A DNA stretch of 64,000 nucleotides from Spirochaetaceae bacterium (lineage in GTDB: Bacteria; Spirochaetota; Spirochaetia; DSM-27196; PWMO01). The notes under the pieces are model-generated. The model saw only the letters and a program-made list of their open reading frames with translations, did not search any database and was not told the origin of the DNA. This document shows positions 8,624 through 18,299 of the stretch, one piece after another. The first letter of the stretch is position 1. The number at the start of each line of letters is the position of its first letter. The DNA is taken from contig JBKHCS010000002.1 of NCBI GenBank assembly GCA_046541715.1, positions 28,380 to 92,379 on the forward strand, read 5' to 3'. Both the position numbers and the translations under genes were made by a program.

Positions 8624-10798
8624 ATGCATTCAGTCACAATCAAAATTGGACAGGAAGATCTCGTCCTCCGGACGGGACATATGGCGAAGCAGGCAAACGG
8701 TTCGGTCTTTGCTACCTACGGCGGGACGGCGGTCCTCGCTACCGCCTGCTGCAGCGAGAAACCGGTGGAGGGGCTCGACTACGTTCCCCTGCAGGTCGAA
8801 TACAACGAAAAATACTACGCGGCGGGAAAGATTCCCGGCGGTTTTATTAAGCGGGAAGGGCGCCCGAAGGACAAGGAGATCTTGGTCTCCCGGCTCATCG
8901 ACCGGCCGATGCGCCCCCTCTTCTCGAAGGCATTTAAACGGGATATTCAAGTCGTTCCGACGGTTGTCTCGGCGGATCAAACCTATACGCCGGATGTCGT
9001 CGCCATTGTCGCAGCCTCCGCCGCAGTTACCGTGTCGGACATTCCCTTCGACGGGCCGATCGGCGCCGTTCGGGTCTGCTCGGTCGACGGAGAGCTTATT
9101 GTGAACCCGACCTTTCAGCAGATAGAAGAGGCCGAGCTCGACATTGTGGTGGCCGGTACCGACGAAGGCATCACAATGGTCGAGGGTGGCGGCGATCAGG
9201 CGTCGGAGGACTTGCTCCTTGCGGCAATCGACTTTGCCCGGGCCCCGATCGCCGAGCTCTGCCGCGTACAGAAAGAGCTCAGAGACACCGCAGGGAAAGA
9301 GAAGCTTCCCCTCGTCGAGGAGACCGTTGTTCTCGAAGAAAAAGACGCGATCGACGCCTTCGCGCGACCGAAGATGGTCGAGGCATGCTTTGTAAAGGGC
9401 AAGTTCGAGCGTCACAACGCCATCAAGAACGTTATCAAGGAGACCTACGAGGCATTCGGCGAGAAGATAGCCGAGGAACAAGAGCGCTTGTTCTACGCCT
9501 ACATGGAAGAGCTGGAGCAGGAGATCGTCCGGGCTTCCATTCTTCGGGACAAGAAGCGGACAGACGGCCGGGGGCCTTCGGATATCCGAAACATTACCTG
9601 CGAGGTAGGGACGCTTCAGCGAACCCACGGCTCTGCCCTCTTTACCCGGGGAGAGACACAGGCTCTGGCGATTGTAACCCTCGGTACCGTCTACGACGAA
9701 CAGATTATGGACGACATCGAGGGCGACCGACGGCAGAACTTTATGCTGCACTACAATTTTCCGCCTTTCTCCGTCGGGGAGACGGGACGGCTTGGAACCG
9801 GGCGACGGGAAATCGGCCACGGTCACCTCGCCCGAAGGGCCATCGAAGCGGTCGTTCCGGAAAAGAGCGCTTTTCCCTATACGATTCGGGTCGTCTCCGA
9901 AATACTTGAATCCAACGGTTCCTCCTCTATGGCCACGGTCTGCGGAAGTAGCCTCGCTCTTATGAACGCCGGGGTTCCGGTTCTGAAGCCCGTCGCCGGA
10001 ATCGCGATGGGGCTGGTTCAAGAGGGGGACGATTTCGTCGTGCTAAGCGATATCCTCGGCGAAGAGGATCACCTCGGCGATATGGACTTCAAGGTCGCGG
10101 GTACCGAGGAAGGTATTACCGCCTTCCAGATGGACATCAAGCGGAAGAACGTCGACACCGAGGTCATGAGTATTGCGCTAGAGCAGGCCCGGAAGGGACG
10201 TCTCGATATCTTGAATACTATGGGGCAAGCGATCCGGAAACCCCAGGAGTCTCTTTCCCAGTACGCTCCACGCATTATCTCCTTTAAGGTTGACCCGGAC
10301 AAGATCGGGCTTCTCATCGGCCCCGGCGGCAAGACGATCAAGGGCATCAGTGAGCGGTTCGACGTAAACACCAACATCGACGACGACGGAACGGTTACCA
10401 TCTACACCAAGGAGTCGGGAAGCGGTGCCCAGGCGAAAGATGCGTTCATGTCTCTCCTCGAGGAACCCGAAATCGGCAAGACCTACGAGGGTGTCGTCCG
10501 TCGTATCGTAGACTTCGGCGCCTTTATCGAGTTCCTTCCGGGGAAGGAAGGCCTCTGTCACATCTCCCGGATGGCCGACCACCGGGTTGAGTCGGTGGAG
10601 GACGTTCTGAGCATGAATCAGACGGTACCGGTTAAGATTATCGAGATCGATAAGATGGGGCGCGTGAACCTGAGCCTGATCTACGAAGGGGCCGACGATT
10701 CACCACACCGGCCTCGGGACCGGGACCGGGATCGCGGTGGTCGCGATAGTCGCGGCCGAGGGGGCCGGGACGGCGGACGGGACCGCGACAGACGATAA
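8624..10798 (+). CDS. pnp: polyribonucleotide nucleotidyltransferase (PNPase) with an Arg/Asp/Gly-rich C-terminal tail
   Basis: Two RNase PH-like cores, then KH ([10 protein letters not shown]) and S1 ([15 protein letters not shown]) domains. The rpsO-pnp order is conserved. Confidence 0.97.
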   Translation: MHSVTIKIGQEDLVLRTGHMAKQANGSVFATYGGTAVLATACCSEKPVEGLDYVPLQVEYNEKYYAAGKIPGGFIKREGRPKDKEILVSRLIDRPMRPLFSKAFKRDIQVVPTVVSADQTYTPDVVAIVAASAAVTVSDIPFDGPIGAVRVCSVDGELIVNPTFQQIEEAELDIVVAGTDEGITMVEGGGDQASEDLLLAAIDFARAPIAELCRVQKELRDTAGKEKLPLVEETVVLEEKDAIDAFARPKMVEACFVKGKFERHNAIKNVIKETYEAFGEKIAEEQERLFYAYMEELEQEIVRASILRDKKRTDGRGPSDIRNITCEVGTLQRTHGSALFTRGETQALAIVTLGTVYDEQIMDDIEGDRRQNFMLHYNFPPFSVGETGRLGTGRREIGHGHLARRAIEAVVPEKSAFPYTIRVVSEILESNGSSSMATVCGSSLALMNAGVPVLKPVAGIAMGLVQEGDDFVVLSDILGEEDHLGDMDFKVAGTEEGITAFQMDIKRKNVDTEVMSIALEQARKGRLDILNTMGQAIRKPQESLSQYAPRIISFKVDPDKIGLLIGPGGKTIKGISERFDVNTNIDDDGTVTIYTKESGSGAQAKDAFMSLLEEPEIGKTYEGVVRRIVDFGAFIEFLPGKEGLCHISRMADHRVESVEDVLSMNQTVPVKIIEIDKMGRVNLSLIYEGADDSPHRPRDRDRDRGGRDSRGRGGRDGGRDRDRR

Positions 10799-10799
10799 C

Positions 10800-11270
10800 G
10801 TGGCAGACGCGCCGAAGGGGATAAAGACGGCCGCAGCCGGCGTCCGCGTAATCGTGGACGCAGACCCCGAGCATTTCCCGCGGTACGCCTCTGCGGAAGC
10901 CGCGGGGGCGGACCTGCGTGCCGCGATAGACAAAGCGATAGAGCTGAAGCCCGGGGAGCGTTCGGTTGTTCCCACGGGAATCAAATGCGCAATACCCGAG
11001 GGGTACGAAGGTCAGGTGCGCCCCCGCTCCGGTCTCGCGGCACGCCACGGGGTGACGTTGGTAAACAGCCCGGGAACGATCGACAGCGACTACCGGGGAG
11101 AGATCGGGGTGATCCTTATTAATCACGGGAGCGAAGCCTTCGAGATACAACCGGGGGAACGATTGGCCCAACTGGTTATCGCGCCGGTGGTCCGGGCCGA
11201 TTTCGTCCTCGGGACGCCGGAAGACTCGCTTCGAGGAGCCGGAGGGTTTGGCTCAACCGGTCGGGCTTAA
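10800..11270 (+). CDS. dut: dUTP diphosphatase
   Basis: Motifs [23 protein letters not shown] and GGFGSTG. I prefer the start at GTG 10800, 1 nt after the pnp stop. The in-frame GTG at 10737 (ORF-track start) cannot be excluded. Confidence 0.88.
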   Translation: MADAPKGIKTAAAGVRVIVDADPEHFPRYASAEAAGADLRAAIDKAIELKPGERSVVPTGIKCAIPEGYEGQVRPRSGLAARHGVTLVNSPGTIDSDYRGEIGVILINHGSEAFEIQPGERLAQLVIAPVVRADFVLGTPEDSLRGAGGFGSTGRA

Positions 11271-12564
11271 GGACCGCTTCGGCGGTCGTCATGTCGTCGA
11301 ACGCTACGTAATTTGGGAGTTTCTGCTCTCCTTTGGGGTAGCGTTCTCCTTTTTTTTCTTTGCCTTCTTCATCAATCAAATCCTGCTCCTCGCGGAAGAC
11401 ATTCTGACAAAGAACGTTCCCCTCGGGGACGTGTTACGTTTGATTCTCTATTCCCTTCCGGCAATCGTGGCCTTGTCCTTCCCCTTTGGTTCCCTCGTCG
11501 GAGCTCTGATGACCGTCGGGCGGCTCTCGGCGGATCACGAGCTTCTCGCCCTCGAGGCTTCGGGTGTTCGGACACGTCGAGTGTCTACTCCGATACTGGC
11601 GGTCGGGCTGGTCTTTTCCCTCTTTTCTTTTATGGTAAACGACGTGTTCCTTCCCTTGGGTACCCTAGAGTTTAGCCGGCTCTACCGAGAGCTCCTCTAC
11701 CGTAACCCGGCCCTCGAGCTGGACGAGTATTCGATTACCCGGTATCAGGAGAACATTATCGTCACCGGGGCGGTCACCGAGGGGGTCGTCGAGGACTTGA
11801 TGATTCTCGAAAGGAACCGAGAAGGACAAAACCGGGTTATCGTCTCGGATCGAGCCCAGATAATCTCGGAGGGCGGGGCCGTCGGGGTTATCTCCCTTAC
11901 TCTCGACGACGTCGTTACCCATTCCTACGACAGCCGGCAGGCCGCCGCGCAGGAGTACCTCGAAGCGGAGCAGATGGTGTACAACGTGGTTCTCCGGGAT
12001 ATCGCCGCGACGATTCAGGCGCCGGGGCCCAGGGAAATGAGCTCCCGGGACGTCTATTCGGAAATGGTAGAAAAGCGAGAGAACTTGGGCGATCGTCGGG
12101 AGGAGCATCGGCAGAATATCGCCCGGCAGGCCGCGACTCTCTTCAGCCGTTACGTGCACTACCAGGAGGCGGTGGAGGAGGGCAGCATTGCGGCGGAGGC
12201 GGGCTTTTCGGGGCTGTTGGAGCAGCGGGAGCTTGTTGTCCGGGAAAGAGAGCGACCTATTACCGATCGGACTCTCCAGATTTTTTCCATCGAGTTTCAC
12301 AAGAAATTCTCGATTCCCTTCGGTTGTTTGGCTTTTGCCGTCCTTGCCTTCCCCTTGGGACGGTTCGCCAAACGAAGCGGCCGCTCGGTTGGTTTCGGTC
12401 TCGGACTCTTCGTCGCGATTGTCTATTGGAGCCTCTTGGTCGCCGGACAGACGATCGGCGTCCAGAACCCGTCCACTTCGCCGGCATTGATGATGTGGCT
12501 CCCAAACATCGTCGTGGTGGTCGCCGGTGTCGCCATGATCGTGATTAGACGCCGGTACCAATAA
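11248..12564 (+). CDS. LptF/LptG-family LPS export permease
   Basis: YjgP/YjgQ-like topology: N-terminal [12 protein letters not shown] plus TM helices, a large periplasmic insert, and C-terminal TMs. TTG at 11248 is the only start codon available in frame. Confidence 0.8.
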   Translation: MAQPVGLKDRFGGRHVVERYVIWEFLLSFGVAFSFFFFAFFINQILLLAEDILTKNVPLGDVLRLILYSLPAIVALSFPFGSLVGALMTVGRLSADHELLALEASGVRTRRVSTPILAVGLVFSLFSFMVNDVFLPLGTLEFSRLYRELLYRNPALELDEYSITRYQENIIVTGAVTEGVVEDLMILERNREGQNRVIVSDRAQIISEGGAVGVISLTLDDVVTHSYDSRQAAAQEYLEAEQMVYNVVLRDIAATIQAPGPREMSSRDVYSEMVEKRENLGDRREEHRQNIARQAATLFSRYVHYQEAVEEGSIAAEAGFSGLLEQRELVVRERERPITDRTLQIFSIEFHKKFSIPFGCLAFAVLAFPLGRFAKRSGRSVGFGLGLFVAIVYWSLLVAGQTIGVQNPSTSPALMMWLPNIVVVVAGVAMIVIRRRYQ

Positions 12565-13658
12565 TGCAGCACAACCTTGTTCGCCCCTCGGTCTTCGACT
12601 GGATGGTACTGAAGAGTTTTTTTCCGGTCTTTTTCGCGGCACTCCTCTTTTTCGTTCTCATTATTCAGTTGGTAGACCTCTTCGCAAATCTTGTACGTTA
12701 CTTGAGCCTGGAGGTGCCCCTTCTCTCGATTGCGAGAGTTCAGTTTCTCTACCTGCCCAAGAGTGTCTCTTTCGCGTTGCCGGTGGCCCTTCTGTTCGCG
12801 GTGGCTTTTACTCTTGGACAGCTCTACTCCAACAACGAGCTTATCAGCGTCTTTGCCGCCGGGATCAGCCTCTACCGATTTGTTCTGCCGCTCCTTATTC
12901 TGGGCCTTCTCTTTGGCCTCGGGAGCGTGGTTTTCGAGGAGAAAGTGGTTATCGAGACGCTTCGGGAGAAGAACGAGCTTTCCCGAGAGCTCTTGAATAT
13001 CAACCGTACTTTCAGCAACACCCGAGTTGCGGTTAGCAGCCCGGACCGCCGGGTGGTTATCTACGCCGACTACTACAACGATGCGGCCGGAACGCTCTCT
13101 GGTGTCACGGTCCTCCTCCGGAATCCTGACGGCTCCTTCTCAGAGCGCATCGAGGCGCCCTGGGGAGAATGGAACGGGAGCAATTGGGAGTTTTCCGACG
13201 CGGTGGTCTTCGCGTACGGGGAGGGCGGATTCGAGCGCCTGAGCCCGCAGCGCGTTTCGGACGAAGAGGTCGCGATTAGGCCTCGGGTGTTCCAACGTTC
13301 GGAACGAGACGTTTCGGAAATGACTCTCGAACAGGCTCGGGATTTCGTGCGGTCCCAGCGGGAGGCAGGGCTTCCCTTTCGACGGGCTCTGACGGAGTAC
13401 TGGAACCGCTACTCCTTCGCTCTCACACCGGTTATCGTCGTGTTGTTTTCCGCCGCGGTAGGAGGCCGGTTTCGAAAAAACATCATTCTGATGAGCCTAC
13501 TCCTTTCGCTCTCCCTCGCCGTCGCCTATTACGTCGCCGGGATGGTTACCGACCTGATGGCCGTCGGCGGACTCCTCTCTCCTTTTGCCGGTGCCTGGAT
13601 CGCCGCCCTCGTGTTTCTCTTGGCCGGGGGTGTTCTGTTCCGATACGCGAGAACGTAA
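12564..13658 (+). CDS. LptF/LptG-family LPS export permease
   Basis: Paralogous architecture to the preceding gene. The ATG overlaps the upstream TAA (TAATG). Confidence 0.8.
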   Translation: MQHNLVRPSVFDWMVLKSFFPVFFAALLFFVLIIQLVDLFANLVRYLSLEVPLLSIARVQFLYLPKSVSFALPVALLFAVAFTLGQLYSNNELISVFAAGISLYRFVLPLLILGLLFGLGSVVFEEKVVIETLREKNELSRELLNINRTFSNTRVAVSSPDRRVVIYADYYNDAAGTLSGVTVLLRNPDGSFSERIEAPWGEWNGSNWEFSDAVVFAYGEGGFERLSPQRVSDEEVAIRPRVFQRSERDVSEMTLEQARDFVRSQREAGLPFRRALTEYWNRYSFALTPVIVVLFSAAVGGRFRKNIILMSLLLSLSLAVAYYVAGMVTDLMAVGGLLSPFAGAWIAALVFLLAGGVLFRYART

Positions 13659-14785
13659 TGTTTACCACTACCGCTTTGGATTCTTCCTGCGAAGCCCGGT
13701 TGGGCCGCCTCGAGCTTGGGCACGGGTCCGTCGACACACCGGTCTTTATGCCGGTGGGCACACAGGGGACGGTCAAGGCCTTATCTCAGGAGGATCTCGA
13801 GGCGATGGGTTTTGGGCTTATCCTCGGAAACACGTACCACCTCTCGCTACGGCCGGGGATCGAGACCATCGATGCCCTCGGGGGTCTTCATCGCTTTATT
13901 TCCTGGGATGGAAACATTCTGACCGATTCCGGAGGTTTCCAGATTTTCTCCCTGGAGACCCTTCGTACCCTCGACGAAGGGGGCGTCTCGTTCCGTTCCC
14001 ACCTCGACGGGTCCCCCCATCGTTTTACGCCGGAGCGAGTCGTCGATCTCCAACAGCGCTTCGGGAGCGACATCATGATGCCCCTCGACGTATGCGCCGC
14101 ACACGGGGCCGGGAGAGCCGAGGCGCAGGAGGCTCTCCGGCTTACAACCGACTGGGCCCGGCGCAGCAAAAGAGCCTGGGACACCGAAGGCGCAGGCAGG
14201 TTATTCGGCATCGTCCAGGGAAACTTCTATCAGGATTTGCGCAGGCAGTCGGCCGCCGAGCTTCGGGAGTTGGATTTTCCGGGGTACGCCGTCGGAGGGC
14301 TCTCGGTGGGGGAGGGACGAACGGAGTTCAACGATACCCTCGGCTGGGCGGTGGAAGGGTTGCCGAAAGAGAAACCCCGGTACGTCATGGGTATCGGCAC
14401 GCCGGACCTTATTTTCGACGCCGTCGAGCAGGGAGTCGATATGTTCGACTGCGTGTTCCCGACCCGGGCCGGCCGGAATGCCACCGCGCTGACCGCCGGG
14501 GGACGGATCGCATTGCGAAACGCCGAGTATGCCCGGGATTCACGACCGATAGAAGAGGCGTGTCCTTGCCCCGTCTGCCGTCGTTACTCCCGGGCGTATA
14601 TTCGGCATCTGTTCAAGGGACGGGAGATTCTTGCTGCGATGCTTACGACGAGGCACAATCTCTGGTATATGCGGCGACTTATGGAGGGCATCCACGAGGC
14701 TATTCGGGGTAACGACTTACCGGGACACAAGCGACGGGTTCTCGAGGCTCTCGAGCAGGACCGGGAGGCTTCGAGTGTCGACTAG
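13658..14785 (+). CDS. tgt: queuine tRNA-ribosyltransferase
   Basis: TPVFMPVGTQGTVK, the DSGGFQ motif and the zinc site CPCPVCRRYSRAYIRHL. Confidence 0.95.
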   Translation: MFTTTALDSSCEARLGRLELGHGSVDTPVFMPVGTQGTVKALSQEDLEAMGFGLILGNTYHLSLRPGIETIDALGGLHRFISWDGNILTDSGGFQIFSLETLRTLDEGGVSFRSHLDGSPHRFTPERVVDLQQRFGSDIMMPLDVCAAHGAGRAEAQEALRLTTDWARRSKRAWDTEGAGRLFGIVQGNFYQDLRRQSAAELRELDFPGYAVGGLSVGEGRTEFNDTLGWAVEGLPKEKPRYVMGIGTPDLIFDAVEQGVDMFDCVFPTRAGRNATALTAGGRIALRNAEYARDSRPIEEACPCPVCRRYSRAYIRHLFKGREILAAMLTTRHNLWYMRRLMEGIHEAIRGNDLPGHKRRVLEALEQDREASSVD

Positions 14786-16322
14786 CCTCGGAAGAAGTGC
14801 CCGGTCTACCGTCGTTGTAATGGTTTCGACCTTCGGATCTCGGATCCTCGGGTTTCTGCGCATCGCGGTTATCGGGGCAGTCTTCGGTGCTTCCGGTAAC
14901 GCCGACGTGCTTAACCTGGTGTTCAACATCCCGAACAATCTCCGGAAGCTCCTCGCCGAAGGGGCCCTCTCTTCGGCGTTCATTCCCGTTCTTTCCCGGG
15001 CCCTCGTCGAAGACCCGTCGATGGAACGTCCGAGACGGGTGGTCCGATCGGTGCTGACCTTTCAAGCAGTTATTCTGGTTCCCATACTGATCGGCGCCGC
15101 CCTGTTTTCTCAGGAAGTGGTCGGTCTAATTCTCGATTTTCCCGAGGAATCCCGGCAAATCCTCGCCGGCCGGCTCTTTCGCTACCTGATCCACTACACT
15201 CTGCTCATCAGCATTGCCGCCGCGCTGATGGGCGCCCTGAACGCCCACGGCCGGTTTCTGATACCGGCTCTGGCACCTTTGCTCTTCTCGGTTTCCGTTA
15301 TTGCGAGCATCCTGCTCTTCTACCGGGACCTTGGCGTCTTCTCGGTGGCCCTTGGGGTGCTTCTTGGCGGGCTCTTCCAAGTCGTGCTTCAACTACCGCA
15401 GTTCTTCAAACTCGGATTCTCCTTTGCCCCGGCTCTCGACTTCCGGGACCCGGACTTCCGGCAGGTGCTTCGGGGGTGGATGCCCGTCGTCGTGACCGCG
15501 AGCATCTTTACCGTAAACCAACAAGTCTCCATTTTTTTCGCAAGCGGCCTCGAAAGCGGAAGCGGCTCGGCGATGACCAACGCCCTGGTGTTCTGGCAAC
15601 TGCCCTTCGGGGTCTTCGGTGCGTCGGTCTCCACGGTCCTTTTCCCCCGGATGAGCCGCCAGACAGCCGAAGGAGACGGTGTCGGCCTAAAGGAGAGCCT
15701 CGAGTTCGGTATCGAATCCTTGGCGCTTCTCTTGATCCCCTCGGCGGTAGTCTTGAGCTTTCTCGGTCCGGAGGTAATATCGGTTGCCCTTCAGCGGGGA
15801 GAATTTGTCCTGGAGAACACGCTCCTGACGGCGAAGGTGCTTTCCGGCTACTGTTGGGGTCTGTTCTCCGTCGCCGCCTTCAATTTTCTCCAGCGCTTCT
15901 TCTACGCCCGAAACGACTACAAAACCCCCGCCGTTGTGGCCTTTATCACCCTGGTCGTAGACGTCGGGTTTTCTCTCTGGCTCAAGGAAACCTATCTCGG
16001 CGTCATCGGCCTCGCTATTGCGAACTCGGTTGCCTTTACCCTCGGTTTCGTTCTACTCCTTTCTCGCGCTTCCGGAGTCCTCGGTGGGATCTCGTTCGGC
16101 ACTCTTCTCTCGGTCGGTGGACGAATCGTCCTGGCCTTGGTACCGGTCGTCGCCGGATTGGCGTATTACCGGAGTCGGGAGCCGGTGTGGTGGGTTCTCG
16201 GAAGCAGCTGGTCCGGTCTGGGAAGGCTGTCGCTGCTGGGGTTGGGGGTCGTTGCGGTTCTTCTCGGGCTCTATTATCTGCTAAACTTACGGCCGTTGCT
16301 TCCGAAGGTTAGAGAACGATGA
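14775..16322 (+). CDS. murJ: lipid II flippase MurJ
   Basis: The GTG at 14775 gives the N-terminus VSTSLGRSARSTVVVMVSTFGSRILGFLR, typical of MurJ/MviN. It is a multi-TM protein. The upstream 48 codons of the ORF overlap tgt and look non-coding. Confidence 0.9.
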   Translation: MSTSLGRSARSTVVVMVSTFGSRILGFLRIAVIGAVFGASGNADVLNLVFNIPNNLRKLLAEGALSSAFIPVLSRALVEDPSMERPRRVVRSVLTFQAVILVPILIGAALFSQEVVGLILDFPEESRQILAGRLFRYLIHYTLLISIAAALMGALNAHGRFLIPALAPLLFSVSVIASILLFYRDLGVFSVALGVLLGGLFQVVLQLPQFFKLGFSFAPALDFRDPDFRQVLRGWMPVVVTASIFTVNQQVSIFFASGLESGSGSAMTNALVFWQLPFGVFGASVSTVLFPRMSRQTAEGDGVGLKESLEFGIESLALLLIPSAVVLSFLGPEVISVALQRGEFVLENTLLTAKVLSGYCWGLFSVAAFNFLQRFFYARNDYKTPAVVAFITLVVDVGFSLWLKETYLGVIGLAIANSVAFTLGFVLLLSRASGVLGGISFGTLLSVGGRIVLALVPVVAGLAYYRSREPVWWVLGSSWSGLGRLSLLGLGVVAVLLGLYYLLNLRPLLPKVRER

Positions 16323-17704
16323 TTCGACTGCTCTTCGCACTTTTTGTCGGGCTTTTGTGTGCCCTCGGTCTTTCAGCCCAAGACACCGGCGTCGACGACG
16401 AGGAGGCGCCGGAGGAAATACCCGAGGATCCTCCGGAGGATCCGCTGAAGCTCCAGCGGGATATTCTACAGTTCGGCATTACCAGCGAGGTGGTGGAACT
16501 TCTCGAAACGCTCGAGACCAACAGAGACCGGCGGCTGGCTTCGGAAGTCTTGGAGTTGCTCGATGGGGACGTGCCGGTGGATATTCAAGTCGCGGCCTTC
16601 GAGTACTTCGACGCCATCGAGTCCCCGGAGGCCGTCTCCCAAGGAACAGACGTCTTAACTCTGAGTGACGAGCTGCCGGAGCGTCTCGTCTTGTCGGTTC
16701 TTCGCTACCTCGGCGGGGCGGACGCCGAGATCAGCCTCGGTCCCGACACCTTCGAAGCTCTCAAGAGCCTGTCGGGTTCGTCGGACGAGGAGTTGTCCCG
16801 TCAGGCTCTCCGGTTGATGGGGATATCGGAGAGCGACGAAGCTCTCAGCTTTCTGATCGAGGTGGCAGGGTCCCTCGAAGAGGAGCAGCCGCGGCGGGAA
16901 GCCGCCGTTCTCGCTCTCGGAGACCGGGCCAATGGGCGAGCGACCGAGGTTCTTACCACCATTCTAACCGACCGGGTCGAAGCGGACACGCTTCGATGGT
17001 ACGCCGCGGATGCCCTGGGAAAGATCGGAGACCCGGCCTCCGTCGAAGTGCTCGAGGATCAGCTCTCGGACGCCGGAACCTGGTTCCGGGCCTACCTTAT
17101 CGGCGCCCTCGGACGCTACGAGGGGCAGGTGGAGGACGACCTTTTTATCCGGTCCCTCCGAGACGACTTTTGGCGGGTCCGGGTGTCGGCTCTCGAGACC
17201 CTCGGCGCCCGGCGTAGCCGGGCGGCCTTAGACGCTATCGCATACCGCGCCCGCCGGGATCCGGTCGCCGACGTCCGCACTGCGGCCTTCGACGCCCTCG
17301 GGGCAATGCAGACCAACGAGGCGCGGCGTTTCCTGGTCGATTATGCCCGGGAGACCTCGAATACGGAGGTTCATAGGGGAACGGCGGCTCGCGTTTTGGT
17401 CGAACGTTACTTGACGGGCGGCCGCGACGACATCGAGAAGCTCTTGGACCAAGAATGGAGTAGGGATCGCTCAGCCGTGCTATCTTCTCTGGTAATGGCG
17501 CTGTCGAACTCGGGTGATTCCCTCGCGGGTCCGCTGTTGGTGAAGCTACTCGATCACCCGGACCCGGGTACCCAGGTGCGGGCCCTTATGGGGATGCGGC
17601 GGATCGGAGCGGCGGCCTACCGGAACGAGCTCCTGCGTCTTGCCGAAGAGTCGCCCCACGGCGCCGTACGCCGGCAGGCGGAAATGGCCCTCGAGGAGAT
17701 GTAA
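16319..17704 (+). CDS. secreted HEAT/PBS-lyase-repeat protein
   Basis: The ATG overlaps the murJ stop (ATGA). Signal peptide MIRLLFALFVGLLCALGLSAQD. Repeated D..VR..A..ALG..G modules. Confidence 0.7.
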   Translation: MIRLLFALFVGLLCALGLSAQDTGVDDEEAPEEIPEDPPEDPLKLQRDILQFGITSEVVELLETLETNRDRRLASEVLELLDGDVPVDIQVAAFEYFDAIESPEAVSQGTDVLTLSDELPERLVLSVLRYLGGADAEISLGPDTFEALKSLSGSSDEELSRQALRLMGISESDEALSFLIEVAGSLEEEQPRREAAVLALGDRANGRATEVLTTILTDRVEADTLRWYAADALGKIGDPASVEVLEDQLSDAGTWFRAYLIGALGRYEGQVEDDLFIRSLRDDFWRVRVSALETLGARRSRAALDAIAYRARRDPVADVRTAAFDALGAMQTNEARRFLVDYARETSNTEVHRGTAARVLVERYLTGGRDDIEKLLDQEWSRDRSAVLSSLVMALSNSGDSLAGPLLVKLLDHPDPGTQVRALMGMRRIGAAAYRNELLRLAEESPHGAVRRQAEMALEEM

Positions 17705-17719
17705 CGACGAGGAGTTGCA

Positions 17720-18190
17720 ATGACAAAGACAAACCTCTCAATAATCGCGGCGCTCTCTCTCTTGTTCTTCGGCTGCGGGTCGACCCCCGACGCAGCTTCT
17801 CCGGATCAGACGGCCGACGGGAGGCCGGCTGTAGAACCGGTTATCGACCTGGATCAACGGCCCCTCGTCCTCTCCGGTGAGGAGGAGCTTAGCTACATGG
17901 TCGAGGAGTTCTCCCAGGTCGTCGACGACGCCGGGGATCTCCTTGGAGACCTGCGGCAGGGCAGCGTGGAAGAGGAAGCGGAGCGCATAGAGGGGCTCCG
18001 GGTGCGTTTGAATAGGTGGCGGAGTATCGCGGAGAACGTCACGATCGACCCGGAAAGCTCCGAGATCTCACCCGAGGCTTACCAGCGCTTTACGACTGAG
18101 CTCGGCTCTTTGAGAAATCGACTCTGGGATGTTGTCCTAGAGATAAACCGTGAAATCGCAGAGGCGACCGGCAACCAGCCGGAAGAATAG
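17720..18190 (+). CDS. small acidic lipoprotein, unknown function
   Basis: Signal peptide with lipobox LLFFGC. It lies 15 nt after the HEAT-repeat gene. Confidence 0.6.
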   Translation: MTKTNLSIIAALSLLFFGCGSTPDAASPDQTADGRPAVEPVIDLDQRPLVLSGEEELSYMVEEFSQVVDDAGDLLGDLRQGSVEEEAERIEGLRVRLNRWRSIAENVTIDPESSEISPEAYQRFTTELGSLRNRLWDVVLEINREIAEATGNQPEE

Positions 18191-18299
18191 GGCGCCGAAA
18201 CGATACGGCCGGGGGCCCAAGGATAGGCGACAATAACACCGCCGGAAATATCGACGGCGTTCTTGCCCCGGCAGCCTACCCGCGGCTTCTCGGCCACCT

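Noticed and set aside
8630-10021. 463-aa ORF antisense to pnp
   Set aside because: Same reasoning. The sense strand carries PNPase with all its domains, and the antisense translation has no recognisable domain.
13585-14712. 375-aa alternative-frame ORF over tgt (and a similar one at 15476-16312 over murJ)
   Set aside because: These are off-frame translations rich in R/G/P. The tgt and murJ frames carry the diagnostic motifs.
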